DNA of 64,000 nt from an uncultured Planctomycetales bacterium (GTDB taxonomy: Bacteria; Omnitrophota; Gorgyraeia; Zapsychrales; JBDRMG01), in the NCBI GenBank assembly GCA_964478715.1, contig CAYZIY010000002.1, positions 35,179 through 99,178 of the forward strand, given 5' to 3'. The notes beneath the pieces were generated by a model that saw only the letters and a program-made list of their open reading frames with translations, was not told the origin of the DNA and did not search any database. The position numbers were made by a program, and so were the translations under genes. Numbering within the stretch: position 1 is the stretch's first letter; each line of letters begins with the position of its first letter. This document shows, piece by piece, positions 53,890-62,894 of this stretch.

Positions 53890-55526
53890 TTCATTATTCA
53901 CATTTGGAAGATAATTTCTTTAACAGACAATCCATTATCGATCTTTTGAAAAGAAGAGTGATTGATTTAAAAGACGGTTACAGACAGAACATTGCTTTTT
54001 TGGGGACGCGATATATCGGTAAAACATCTATACTAAGAAGATTTATGCGCGATCTGGACGATGAAGATATTATTGAAATCTATATGGATTGTGAACAGAA
54101 GGATTTCTATTATTTTTTCCATAAATTTACCGGAAGCATTCTCTACCAATTTGCCAGAAAAAAAGGACTCATCCTGCATGATGATTTAGGTCTCCTTCTG
54201 GAAGTAAGCAAAAAATATATTCCGCAAACAGTCGAAGAAATCAAAAAAATTCAGGCCTCTCTGCATAAGGGGAAAATTAGCGAGTGTTATCGTGATCTGA
54301 TTTCGCTTCCGGAAATCTTTACGATTGAAAGCGGCAAATTCTGCATGATCGTGATTGACGAATTCCATCATATAGAGCAATGGGACTTAGGCGGAGTTTT
54401 TCAAGAGCTGGGCAAAAAGATTATGACGCAGAAAAGATGCATTTACATTGTTACTAGCTCACTAGGCGATGTGGCGAAACAGATTCTCTCGGAGAAATTA
54501 TCGCTGCTTTTCGGTCATTTTGAAGTTATCACTATCGAAACCTTTGAAGTAAAAGAAAGTCAGGAGTTTATCGAGCATAACCTCAAAGAGATTAGCATTG
54601 GTCCTGTTTTGAAAAATTTTCTGATTGATTTCACGGGGGGTCATCCGTTTTATTTAAATATTATTTGCCAGGAACTCATTTCTCTGTGCACGATGTATCA
54701 GCAGAGAGAGATCTATCTGCCGCTGTTTATCAAGGCTCTCGAGCAAACAATATTTTTGCGCTGGGGTATTTTGTCCAGACATTTTGATCTTCTCATGCAT
54801 CATCTGAGCCTGGGCAAGGGCAATGAGATTATTCCGAGGCTGTTGATTCAATTGGCCAAAGGAAAGAATAAGCTAAAGGAATTGAATGAATGTCCCGAAC
54901 TTAAAAAATGTTTTCTCAGTAAGAAATTGAAAATACTCATCGATTTGGGAATGGTCGGGAAAAACGGTAATGTTTATCATATTCAGGATAAGCTTTTAAA
55001 GTATTGGATTAAATATGTTCTGCGCAGACGTTTAAGTAACCTCGGGTCTTATCCTCAGCAGCAAAGAGAAAACTTTCAGAAAGAAATCAAAAACCATATT
55101 CAAGAATTTCATGTCGCTTTTCGGAAAGACTTCTCAGCCAGGATTATCGAGCTGTTGCACTGTTTTGATAATGAGGCTTTTCAGATCAACGGGCGGCGTT
55201 ATCGCTTACCGCTTTTTAGAAATGTCAGCCCTTACGATTGCGATCATTTTTCTTCAGGGAATGTTCACATTATCAAGGCCGAGAGTTCTCAGGAGCTCTG
55301 GTTTTTGATTCTTAAAGAAGAGGCTTTGCAGGAAGGAGAGGTTAATGACTTTCTTGCGGAACTTAAGGGCGTGAAAAAGAAACCTCAACGACGGGTCATC
55401 GTTTCCCTCTCTGATCTGGAGGCTAATGCCCGCCTGCGGGCTTTGCAGGAAAAAGTCTGGATCTGGAACGAGGGAGAACTCAATGTTCTTCTTAATCTTT
55501 ATGATAAACCTTATATTATGAAATGA
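53886..55526 (+). CDS. P-loop NTPase of the archaeal-type ATPase class with an uncharacterised C-terminal domain
   Basis: 546 aa; Walker A GTRYIGKTS, Walker B IVIDEFHH; C-terminal ~150 aa matches no motif I can name. Confidence 0.6.
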   Translation: MIHYSHLEDNFFNRQSIIDLLKRRVIDLKDGYRQNIAFLGTRYIGKTSILRRFMRDLDDEDIIEIYMDCEQKDFYYFFHKFTGSILYQFARKKGLILHDDLGLLLEVSKKYIPQTVEEIKKIQASLHKGKISECYRDLISLPEIFTIESGKFCMIVIDEFHHIEQWDLGGVFQELGKKIMTQKRCIYIVTSSLGDVAKQILSEKLSLLFGHFEVITIETFEVKESQEFIEHNLKEISIGPVLKNFLIDFTGGHPFYLNIICQELISLCTMYQQREIYLPLFIKALEQTIFLRWGILSRHFDLLMHHLSLGKGNEIIPRLLIQLAKGKNKLKELNECPELKKCFLSKKLKILIDLGMVGKNGNVYHIQDKLLKYWIKYVLRRRLSNLGSYPQQQRENFQKEIKNHIQEFHVAFRKDFSARIIELLHCFDNEAFQINGRRYRLPLFRNVSPYDCDHFSSGNVHIIKAESSQELWFLILKEEALQEGEVNDFLAELKGVKKKPQRRVIVSLSDLEANARLRALQEKVWIWNEGELNVLLNLYDKPYIMK

Positions 55527-56011
55527 AAATAGGCGTTGTTTCCGATACCCATTCCCATAAAATACCTCGGCAAATGCTTGAGGATTTCAAAGATGTCGAA
55601 ATGATTATTCACGTTGGAGATATCTGTTGTCAGAAAGTGCTGGATAAACTTGAGCAGATCAAACCCGTAATAGCGGTTTTTGGCAACATGGACGAGTCTC
55701 CACTTAAGGAAAACTTGCCTCGTAAACGAATTATTGAGTGCGGCCAATTTTCTATCGGATGTTTTCATGGGGAAGGACCGCCCTTCACATTGCTTGATAA
55801 AGTCAAAAATGAATTTAAGAAAGATAAAGTCCAGGCGGTCGTTTTCGGACATTCGCATCATCCGTTCAACAAAGTGATTAACAAAGTGCTTTATTTTAAT
55901 CCGGGAAGTCCCAACGACCTAATATTTGCTCCTTATCGTTCGTATGGCTTGCTGGAGATCGATAAGACCATAAGCGGAAAGATCGTAAAAGTCAAAGACA
56001 ATGATGAATAA
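55523..56011 (+). CDS. YfcE/MJ0936-type metallophosphoesterase
   Basis: MKIGVVSDTHSH...HVGD...GHSH calcineurin-like motifs; 162 aa. Confidence 0.8.
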   Translation: MKIGVVSDTHSHKIPRQMLEDFKDVEMIIHVGDICCQKVLDKLEQIKPVIAVFGNMDESPLKENLPRKRIIECGQFSIGCFHGEGPPFTLLDKVKNEFKKDKVQAVVFGHSHHPFNKVINKVLYFNPGSPNDLIFAPYRSYGLLEIDKTISGKIVKVKDNDE

Positions 56012-56489
56012 GCTCTGGGCTCCCTGGAGGGACCGGTATCTCGTAAAAATTTATCAAAAACAAAAAGGGTGTGTTTTTTGTCGTATTCAAAAAGAAAAGA
56101 AGGATTACGCGAATTTCATTTTTAAACGCACGGCTCATTCCTATGCCGTTTTAAATATTTATCCCTACAATAACGGACACTGCCTGATTATTCCCAATAG
56201 ACATGTTAAAGATCTTTCCAGCCTGGGAAAAGAAGAGCGAAATGATCTTTTTGATCTTCAGGATGCGACAGTGGCCTTACTTAAGAAAACATTAAGACCA
56301 AAGGGTTTTAATATTGGCATTAATATCGGCCGGGCGGCAGGAGCCGGATTTCCGGGGCATGTTCATATTCATATTGTTCCCCGATGGTTGGGTGATGTGA
56401 ACTTTATGCCGGTACTTAACGAGACAAAAGTCATCTCGCAATCTTTACAAAGTTTATGGAAAATCCTTAAGAATGCAGACAAGAAGTGA
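56001..56489 (+). CDS. HIT family (histidine triad) nucleotide hydrolase/transferase
   Basis: CVFCRI...HVHIHIVPR histidine triad. Confidence 0.8.
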   Translation: MMNKLWAPWRDRYLVKIYQKQKGCVFCRIQKEKKDYANFIFKRTAHSYAVLNIYPYNNGHCLIIPNRHVKDLSSLGKEERNDLFDLQDATVALLKKTLRPKGFNIGINIGRAAGAGFPGHVHIHIVPRWLGDVNFMPVLNETKVISQSLQSLWKILKNADKK

Positions 56490-57657
56490 TATTGAAAAAA
56501 GAGAAGTCCTGAATCTGGCGTCTTATGCAATGAAAAGCCGAGACGCCCGTCCGCGCTATTATCCGGAGTCAAAGCATCAAACTCGCACCTGCTATCAGCG
56601 TGACCGTGATCGGATCGTTCATTGCGAGGCTTTTCGAAAGCTGGAATATAAAACGCAGGTTTTTGCGATATTCGAAGGCGATTATTATCGGACTCGGCTG
56701 ACTCATACGCTGGAAGTGGCCCAGATCGGCCGCAGCATAGGTCGCAATCTCCGTCTCAATGAAGATTTGATCGAGGCTATTGCCTTGGCTCATGATTTGG
56801 GTCATCCTCCGTTTGGCCATGCTGGGGAAGAAATGCTTGACGAGATTATGAAAAAGGCAACGAGAAGCGGTTTTAATCATAATCTGAGAAGTTATGAAAT
56901 CATCACCTGCCTAGAGCGACGTTACCCACAATTCAGCGGATTGAATTTGACCGGTGAAGTTCGGGTGGGAATATTAAAACATCAAACACAGTTTGATCGA
57001 CCGGGACGACAGATTAAAATTCCCTCTTTCAAAGATGACCTGAAAGATTCTCCCACTCTGGAAGCCCTTATTGTGGACGCTGCCGATTCTCTGGCATATT
57101 TAAACCATGATGTCGATGACGGATTAACCTCCGGCTGTATTACCGAGGAAGATTTGATGGAGAGCGAGCTATGGACGACAGCCTTTAAGAAAATTCAGGG
57201 ACGGTCTTTTCGTGATGACAAAGCGATGATGAAATATCAGATTGTCAAGGAACTGATCGATGTCCAGGTGAAAGATTTATTGGAGACGAGCTCAGAGCGG
57301 CTTAAGAAACTAAAATTTCAATCAGCCTTAGAGGCGAAGCAATATAGGAAAACCGTTATCGGTTTTTCTCCATCTCTGGCCAAGCAGAGAGACAGGCTCC
57401 AGAAATTGTTGGATGAAAAATTATATCATCATTATCGGGTGGAGCGCATGACATCAAAAGCCAAACGAATTATTCAGGACCTTTTCGATGTCTATATTCG
57501 TAATCCTAAGCAATTGCCGCCTGAGGTCTATCGACAAGAGAAGGGCTATGGTAAAAGTGAGAAATACCAGATTGTCTGTCACTGGATCGCTTTAATGACC
57601 GATCGCGCGGCATTGGATGAACACAAGCGTTTCTTTAGCCCTTATATGAAAGTCTGA
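56473..57657 (+). CDS. dGTP triphosphohydrolase-like HD domain protein
   Basis: RTRLTHTLEVAQIGRSIG...AHDLGHPPFGH HD motif region; 394 aa. Confidence 0.8.
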   Translation: MQTRSDIEKREVLNLASYAMKSRDARPRYYPESKHQTRTCYQRDRDRIVHCEAFRKLEYKTQVFAIFEGDYYRTRLTHTLEVAQIGRSIGRNLRLNEDLIEAIALAHDLGHPPFGHAGEEMLDEIMKKATRSGFNHNLRSYEIITCLERRYPQFSGLNLTGEVRVGILKHQTQFDRPGRQIKIPSFKDDLKDSPTLEALIVDAADSLAYLNHDVDDGLTSGCITEEDLMESELWTTAFKKIQGRSFRDDKAMMKYQIVKELIDVQVKDLLETSSERLKKLKFQSALEAKQYRKTVIGFSPSLAKQRDRLQKLLDEKLYHHYRVERMTSKAKRIIQDLFDVYIRNPKQLPPEVYRQEKGYGKSEKYQIVCHWIALMTDRAALDEHKRFFSPYMKV

Positions 57658-58742
57658 TGAGAAACCGTTATTTTCGAAAGAAATTCAGCAAAATAAATAC
57701 TGCCGACAACCGGTATTCTCTTGTCTTATCGGCTGTTCATATGGTTTACCGGTTAGTGAATTCGACTTACGGATTCAAAGATCTCTTAATTCGATTGACC
57801 CGTCTGGTGAAACAAATTATCGATGCCGATATTGTTCAAGTTTTTATGCTCAGTACCGATAAAACCAAGTTTGAATTGATCGCCACAATCGAGGCTAATG
57901 TCAGTAAGGTGATCGAAAAAAAGAAAACGCCTCGCGTAGAAAAAGAAAAACGCGATGTCGCTTTGGGTGCTTCCATTTTTACTAAAAATTGTATTGGGAT
58001 TCCTCTGGTTGCCGATGATAATATCGGCGCTATTTTTATTTATCGCCAGAAAAAGCGAAAAGCGTTTACGGAATTTGATCGTGAAATACTTTCCGTTGTC
58101 GCTGAACAAACCACCATTGCTATAAAAAATATTCAACTTTATGAACAACAGCAGGAAATTATTTTAGGTAGTATTAAGTCTATCGGAAAGCTTTTAAAAA
58201 AACAGGCCCCGACATCTACTCATGCTCCTGTTTATTTTAAAATCGTCAAATGCCTCGCCGAGAGACTGGGAATGGGGGAGGCTCAGATTCAATGTCTGCA
58301 ATTTGCCAGCTTGCTTCATGATGCCGGTTCGATAGATGTTCCTTTTGAAATTCTATCCAAGACAAGCCGGCTCACGTCTGAGGAATTCAAAATTATCAAA
58401 GATATCCCCGCTAAAAGCGTGGAATTGATTAAACCTGTTGCTTTCCTGAAACCCGTTTTGCCGATCATCCTTTATCATCATGAAAAATATGACGGAACCG
58501 GCTATCCTTCGGGTTTGAAAAAGGAACAGATTCCTTTGGGCGCGCGCGTGATGGCTGTGGTGACGGCCTTTGAAGCCATGGTAAGGCCTCGACCGTATAA
58601 AGATATACTTACCATCACGGAAGCCCTCAATGAGCTCAAGAAAAATTCAGGGACACAGTTTGATCCCCGGGTGGTCAATGTCTTCATTTTGCTTGCGAAT
58701 CAAAAAAAATTTAGAAAGTACTTGAGATCATTGAACTCCTGA
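57657..58742 (+). CDS. GAF domain / HD-GYP domain protein (predicted c-di-GMP phosphodiesterase)
   Basis: N-terminal GAF-like region; C-terminal HD plus HHEKYDGTGYP. Confidence 0.75.
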   Translation: MRNRYFRKKFSKINTADNRYSLVLSAVHMVYRLVNSTYGFKDLLIRLTRLVKQIIDADIVQVFMLSTDKTKFELIATIEANVSKVIEKKKTPRVEKEKRDVALGASIFTKNCIGIPLVADDNIGAIFIYRQKKRKAFTEFDREILSVVAEQTTIAIKNIQLYEQQQEIILGSIKSIGKLLKKQAPTSTHAPVYFKIVKCLAERLGMGEAQIQCLQFASLLHDAGSIDVPFEILSKTSRLTSEEFKIIKDIPAKSVELIKPVAFLKPVLPIILYHHEKYDGTGYPSGLKKEQIPLGARVMAVVTAFEAMVRPRPYKDILTITEALNELKKNSGTQFDPRVVNVFILLANQKKFRKYLRSLNS

Positions 58743-58757
58743 TTCTATAATAAAAAT

Positions 58758-59369
58758 ATGAATCTTCATCATTCCCAGTCTCAGTTTGAGCTATTTCCAA
58801 AGACAGTAGCGAACGGATCCCGATTCACCGCAAGGTCCAATTTATTTTCGAACTTGACACTTTTGCCAGAACATATTATTATCTTGAGTATTTTATGCAT
58901 CATGATCATGGTGCTTTCCTTTTCATTGGGTGTTGAGCGCGGCAAAAGGCTAGCGGGTTTACCTAAAGAGGACACCGATTTTAAAGAGAAATTTGTTGAA
59001 TCAAAGCCTCAAGAGGAAATCCAGCATGCGGTTGATGTAAAGACTGTTTCTGAAAATGTATCTCAGCCCAAGGAAATAGAACTCATTGCGCTGGTAGAGC
59101 TTGCCAATAAAGAGCCTGAAAATGCTTTAAAGACTTTTGCAGAGAAGGCTTATACCATTCAGGTGGCTTCTTTCAAGAAAGAGCAGTATGCAAAAAAAGA
59201 AGCCAATATCTTGCGTAATAATGGTTACCGGAATCAGGATATTTTCGTTCTGGACAAAGGAAAATATTCTATTGTTTGCGTCGGTTCATTCCATGAAAAG
59301 GATCAGGCCAAGTTGTTGCTTGGGAAACTAAAAAAAAGATATAAAGATTGTTTAATAAGGAGTTTGTAA
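58758..59369 (+). CDS. SPOR domain membrane protein (FtsN/DedD-like)
   Basis: TM helix followed by a C-terminal SPOR-like block YTIQVASFKKEQYAKKEANILRNNGY...VCVGSF. Confidence 0.6.
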   Translation: MNLHHSQSQFELFPKTVANGSRFTARSNLFSNLTLLPEHIIILSILCIMIMVLSFSLGVERGKRLAGLPKEDTDFKEKFVESKPQEEIQHAVDVKTVSENVSQPKEIELIALVELANKEPENALKTFAEKAYTIQVASFKKEQYAKKEANILRNNGYRNQDIFVLDKGKYSIVCVGSFHEKDQAKLLLGKLKKRYKDCLIRSL

Positions 59370-59370
59370 C

Positions 59371-59604
59371 GTGTCACTTCATCCTTCATTGAGAGTTGAT
59401 TCGGCTACAGCGCAGCAACGCTGTGTTCTATCCCGGATAGAAAGAATCAAAGACCTGATGAAAAAGGGTCTTTGGGAAGAAGGCAATCCAATTACGGGTC
59501 TTCCTAAAACCAAGATCGTCAAGATTAAAGCTAAAAAGAAAACCAAAGCCGCTGAGACTGAAGAAAAGCCTACCGAAGAAAACGCTGAGAAACCGAAGGC
59601 TTAA
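59371..59604 (+). CDS. small basic hypothetical protein
   Basis: 77 aa with a Lys-rich tail and a conserved-looking N-terminal half. Confidence 0.45.
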   Translation: MSLHPSLRVDSATAQQRCVLSRIERIKDLMKKGLWEEGNPITGLPKTKIVKIKAKKKTKAAETEEKPTEENAEKPKA

Positions 59605-59629
59605 TCCTTGCTGCGGCATCTTTCATCGC

Positions 59630-60466
59630 ATGTTGAAGAAAATATTTATTGTCGCGGTGTATTTTATTGCTTTCTCGGGTTTTTCGAATGCTGAGTTGTC
59701 TTATCCCTTTCTTGGCAAGATGACCGCTGTTGATGTGAATCTTCGCTCTGGCCAAAGCGTTAGCTTTCAATCATTGGGTCAACTCAATCAAGGCGAAAAG
59801 ATAGTAGTTGCCGACAAAAGTTTTAGTTGGTATAAAATCCGTCTTCCTCAGAGAATTTCGTGTTTTATTTCCTCAAAATTCGTTGAAAGAAAAACAGCCG
59901 ATATCGGGATGGTGGCTGGATCCCGTGTCAATATTCGTTCTGGTAAAGGAACTGAATACAGCATCCTCGGTCAGGCAAAAGAAGGTACTCTTTTAAAAAT
60001 TATTAAGGCTGATAAAGATTGGTTTGAAATTCAACCTACGCCCGATTGTTTTGGCTGGGTGCATGAGCAGTTTGTGAAATTTGAGTCAAATCAGGTTCCG
60101 GCACCGGAGATCGTAAGGCTGCCCACCCGGAATGTTTATGAGCAGCGCAGGCAAAGGCAATCCCAAAAGAAGAAGACCGAGGTTCAAAAGAAAAAGCAGA
60201 AAACAGCGCAACAAAAACAAAAAAAAGAAGACGTTTTTACTGCTGTGGGCTACATAAAAGATTTGGGGCGTGTTGTGGCCGACCGTAATATTCGCTATAA
60301 ACTTGTTATCCAAGGGAAAACCGCTTATTATCTCTTGTGTCCGCGTCATGTCATTGATCATTTTGTAAATTACAAGGCACAAATTCAGGGACAGATCAAA
60401 GAGGATCCGGATGGGGAGTATTCCTATCCGGTTATTGTTGTTAAAAAAATCAGGCTTGTTTTGTAA
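59630..60466 (+). CDS. secreted tandem SH3b-domain protein with uncharacterised C-terminal domain
   Basis: Signal peptide; two SH3b-like repeats (AVDVNLRSGQS...YKI and RVNIRSGKG...FEI); KQ-rich linker. Confidence 0.55.
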   Translation: MLKKIFIVAVYFIAFSGFSNAELSYPFLGKMTAVDVNLRSGQSVSFQSLGQLNQGEKIVVADKSFSWYKIRLPQRISCFISSKFVERKTADIGMVAGSRVNIRSGKGTEYSILGQAKEGTLLKIIKADKDWFEIQPTPDCFGWVHEQFVKFESNQVPAPEIVRLPTRNVYEQRRQRQSQKKKTEVQKKKQKTAQQKQKKEDVFTAVGYIKDLGRVVADRNIRYKLVIQGKTAYYLLCPRHVIDHFVNYKAQIQGQIKEDPDGEYSYPVIVVKKIRLVL

Positions 60467-61566
60467 TGATCCAATCCATCAGAATTCGTCTTCAGCTTAA
60501 GGGCAATTCCTATCCGATAGTGATTGGCATTAATCATCTGAATCGAATTGGTCGGGAACTTAAGAAAATACCGATCGGCCGTGACGCGATCCTTATTTCC
60601 AGTGCCCCTATTCTAAAATTACATGGGAAGAAAATAACAAAGAGTCTCGAGCAAACTGGCTTTTCCCTAAAAGTTATCCGTATTGCTGATAGCGAGCGCA
60701 GCAAATCGACCGGGGTTGCTGTAAAAGTTCTGAATGAGATCGCTGAATATGACCGAAAAAAGAAAATATTTTTGATTGCCTTCGGCGGAGGGGTGGTGGG
60801 TGACTTAACAGGTTTTGTCGCGGCTGTTTATAAGCGAGGAATTCCTTATATTCAAGTGCCTACGACTTTTTTAGGTCAGATCGATTCGGCTATCGGAGGA
60901 AAAACAGCCGTTGATTTAGAAATGGGCAAGAACTTGGTGGGGGCGTTCTATCAGCCCCAAATGGTTTTTTCGGATGTTTCCGCTTTATCTACGTTATCGA
61001 GCAGACAGATTAGAAACGGCTTGGCCGAGGCCATTAAATACGGAGTGATCAGCGATCGCGATCTTTTTGTTACTCTAGAAAAGAAAACAGAGAAGTTGAT
61101 TCATAAAGATGAAAAGGCTTTGTTTTCTATTGTTCGCAGATGCAGTCGGATCAAGGCTCGTGTTGTCGAAAAAGATACTAAGGAAACCAAAGGGATTCGT
61201 ACTATTTTGAATTTTGGACATACGATCGGTCATGCTATCGAAACCGCCGCTGGTTATCAGCTGTATCATCACGGTGAGGCTGTTGCCTTGGGAATGAGAG
61301 TGGCTTGCGATATTGCCTTGCGGCTTGGCATGTTAAATAGTTTATCCTGTCAAAGGATTCATAGTCTAATATCAGCCTGCGGACTTCCTCAATCTATCGA
61401 TCATGTTTCATTGAGGCAGATTCTCTCGATTATGCAGCACGATAAAAAATTTCTTAACAAAAAAAACCGGTTTGTCCTGCCGGTTGCGATCGGTCGGGTT
61501 AAGGTTATCGAAGGTGTACCCAGGACAGTCATCAAAAAAGCTGTTCAAAATTGGCTTGCCAAATAA
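60466..61566 (+). CDS. aroB: 3-dehydroquinate synthase
   Basis: GGGVVGDLTGFVAA and other metal/NAD blocks. Confidence 0.88.
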   Translation: MIQSIRIRLQLKGNSYPIVIGINHLNRIGRELKKIPIGRDAILISSAPILKLHGKKITKSLEQTGFSLKVIRIADSERSKSTGVAVKVLNEIAEYDRKKKIFLIAFGGGVVGDLTGFVAAVYKRGIPYIQVPTTFLGQIDSAIGGKTAVDLEMGKNLVGAFYQPQMVFSDVSALSTLSSRQIRNGLAEAIKYGVISDRDLFVTLEKKTEKLIHKDEKALFSIVRRCSRIKARVVEKDTKETKGIRTILNFGHTIGHAIETAAGYQLYHHGEAVALGMRVACDIALRLGMLNSLSCQRIHSLISACGLPQSIDHVSLRQILSIMQHDKKFLNKKNRFVLPVAIGRVKVIEGVPRTVIKKAVQNWLAK

Positions 61567-61631
61567 AAGATATTCTCTTAAGATGATCTGTATTAAGAAA
61601 TGAATTTCTCATAAAAAAACGAGGAGATTGA

Positions 61632-61994
61632 ATGTCTAAGCGTATTTTGTTAGTGGAAGATGAGCAGTCTTTGGCGAAACTGGTAAAACAGAGGTTGGAA
61701 AAAGAAGGTTTCGAAGTTGAAGTCACCTCTGATGGGGAAGAAGCCCTCAATCTGAGCAGTTCCTTTGCGCCTGATTTAATCATCCTCGATATTATGCTTC
61801 CTGGTATCGGCGGTTACGAGGTATGCTCTCGCTTACGGACAACAAAGATCACAAAAAATACACCCATTATTATGTTTACGGCCAGAGGCGGAGATATGGA
61901 TAAAGCGATGGGCTTTCAGTGTGGTGCCAATGATTATATTGTCAAGCCTTATGATCCCAAAATACTTTTAGAGAAAATTCGCAACCTTCTTTAG
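61632..61994 (+). CDS. single-domain response regulator (CheY-like receiver)
   Basis: DE pair, phospho-acceptor D in ILDIMLPG, T (MFTA) and K (VKP). Confidence 0.8.
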   Translation: MSKRILLVEDEQSLAKLVKQRLEKEGFEVEVTSDGEEALNLSSSFAPDLIILDIMLPGIGGYEVCSRLRTTKITKNTPIIMFTARGGDMDKAMGFQCGANDYIVKPYDPKILLEKIRNLL

Positions 61995-62021
61995 GAAAGT
62001 GGAAATTTCAGAGTAGCATTT

Positions 62022-62381
62022 ATGAGCAAGACAATATTAGTTATCGATGACGAGCCGGATTTTGTAGCCGTTTTAAAATCAAGACTCGAAGCGCACAATT
62101 TCGATGTGCAGACAGCCTTTGACGGTTATGAGGGATTACAGAGGATCGAAAAACAGAAGCCGAATTTAATCATTCTCGATATTGAAATGCCGGAAATGGA
62201 CGGCTATACTTTTGTTTTGGAATTCAAAAAGAAATATACGATGAAAGACATTCCGATTATTGTGCTGACGGCCAAAGACGAATTACAAGATATTTTTGAG
62301 CTTGAAGGTATTCACAGCTATCTCACCAAGCCCTTTGAACATGAAGACCTTCTTAAGCGCATCAAAGACTACCTTTCTTGA
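62022..62381 (+). CDS. single-domain response regulator (CheY-like receiver)
   Basis: DDE, ILDIEMP, LTA and TKP receiver residues. Confidence 0.8.
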   Translation: MSKTILVIDDEPDFVAVLKSRLEAHNFDVQTAFDGYEGLQRIEKQKPNLIILDIEMPEMDGYTFVLEFKKKYTMKDIPIIVLTAKDELQDIFELEGIHSYLTKPFEHEDLLKRIKDYLS

Positions 62382-62390
62382 TCTCTTCTT

Positions 62391-62894
62391 TTAGCGATTA
62401 TCTGTTCTAAGAATAATTGTGCGACCGTTGTCATAGATTTCCACTTCATTAACGGATATGCTTAGGATTCTTCTTTGCCCAATATATTCACCTTCCTTGT
62501 AGATCTGATTATTGATCAAAGCAAAAGGCTCCTGATCCATGGTGATGATCCCGTTAAGGATCAGAGAATCATTATCCGTTATCGAAGCTTGGGAGGGGGG
62601 TATGCTCTGGGGATTATCGGTTCGTTCTTTGGATCTTTCGGTTTGCATAAGCGCGGGTTGAGAATCTTTACTGTTATTGGCGGTATTATTGATTGCAGCC
62701 TGTTTTTTCCTTTCAGATTGCCTGAAATAAAGAAAGCCTAAGACGACAGCGCAACCCAGAAATCCAACAAAAACAATGATCGCAATACTCCAGAAAAAAG
62801 GATGTACGTCTTTGTGCTCGGGATTTTGTCTGGCCGGAGAGAACTTTTCCAGTTGCGACTGGGTTTTTTTGAGGGCATCATTGATGATACTCAT
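62391..62894 (-). CDS. GspB/ExeB-like bitopic membrane protein
   Basis: N-terminal TM helix; C-terminal ALINNQIYKEGEYIG..ILSISVNEVEI resembles the T2SS-B C-terminal motif; overlaps the upstream ExeA-like gene. Confidence 0.5.
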   Translation of the reverse strand: MSIINDALKKTQSQLEKFSPARQNPEHKDVHPFFWSIAIIVFVGFLGCAVVLGFLYFRQSERKKQAAINNTANNSKDSQPALMQTERSKERTDNPQSIPPSQASITDNDSLILNGIITMDQEPFALINNQIYKEGEYIGQRRILSISVNEVEIYDNGRTIILRTDNR

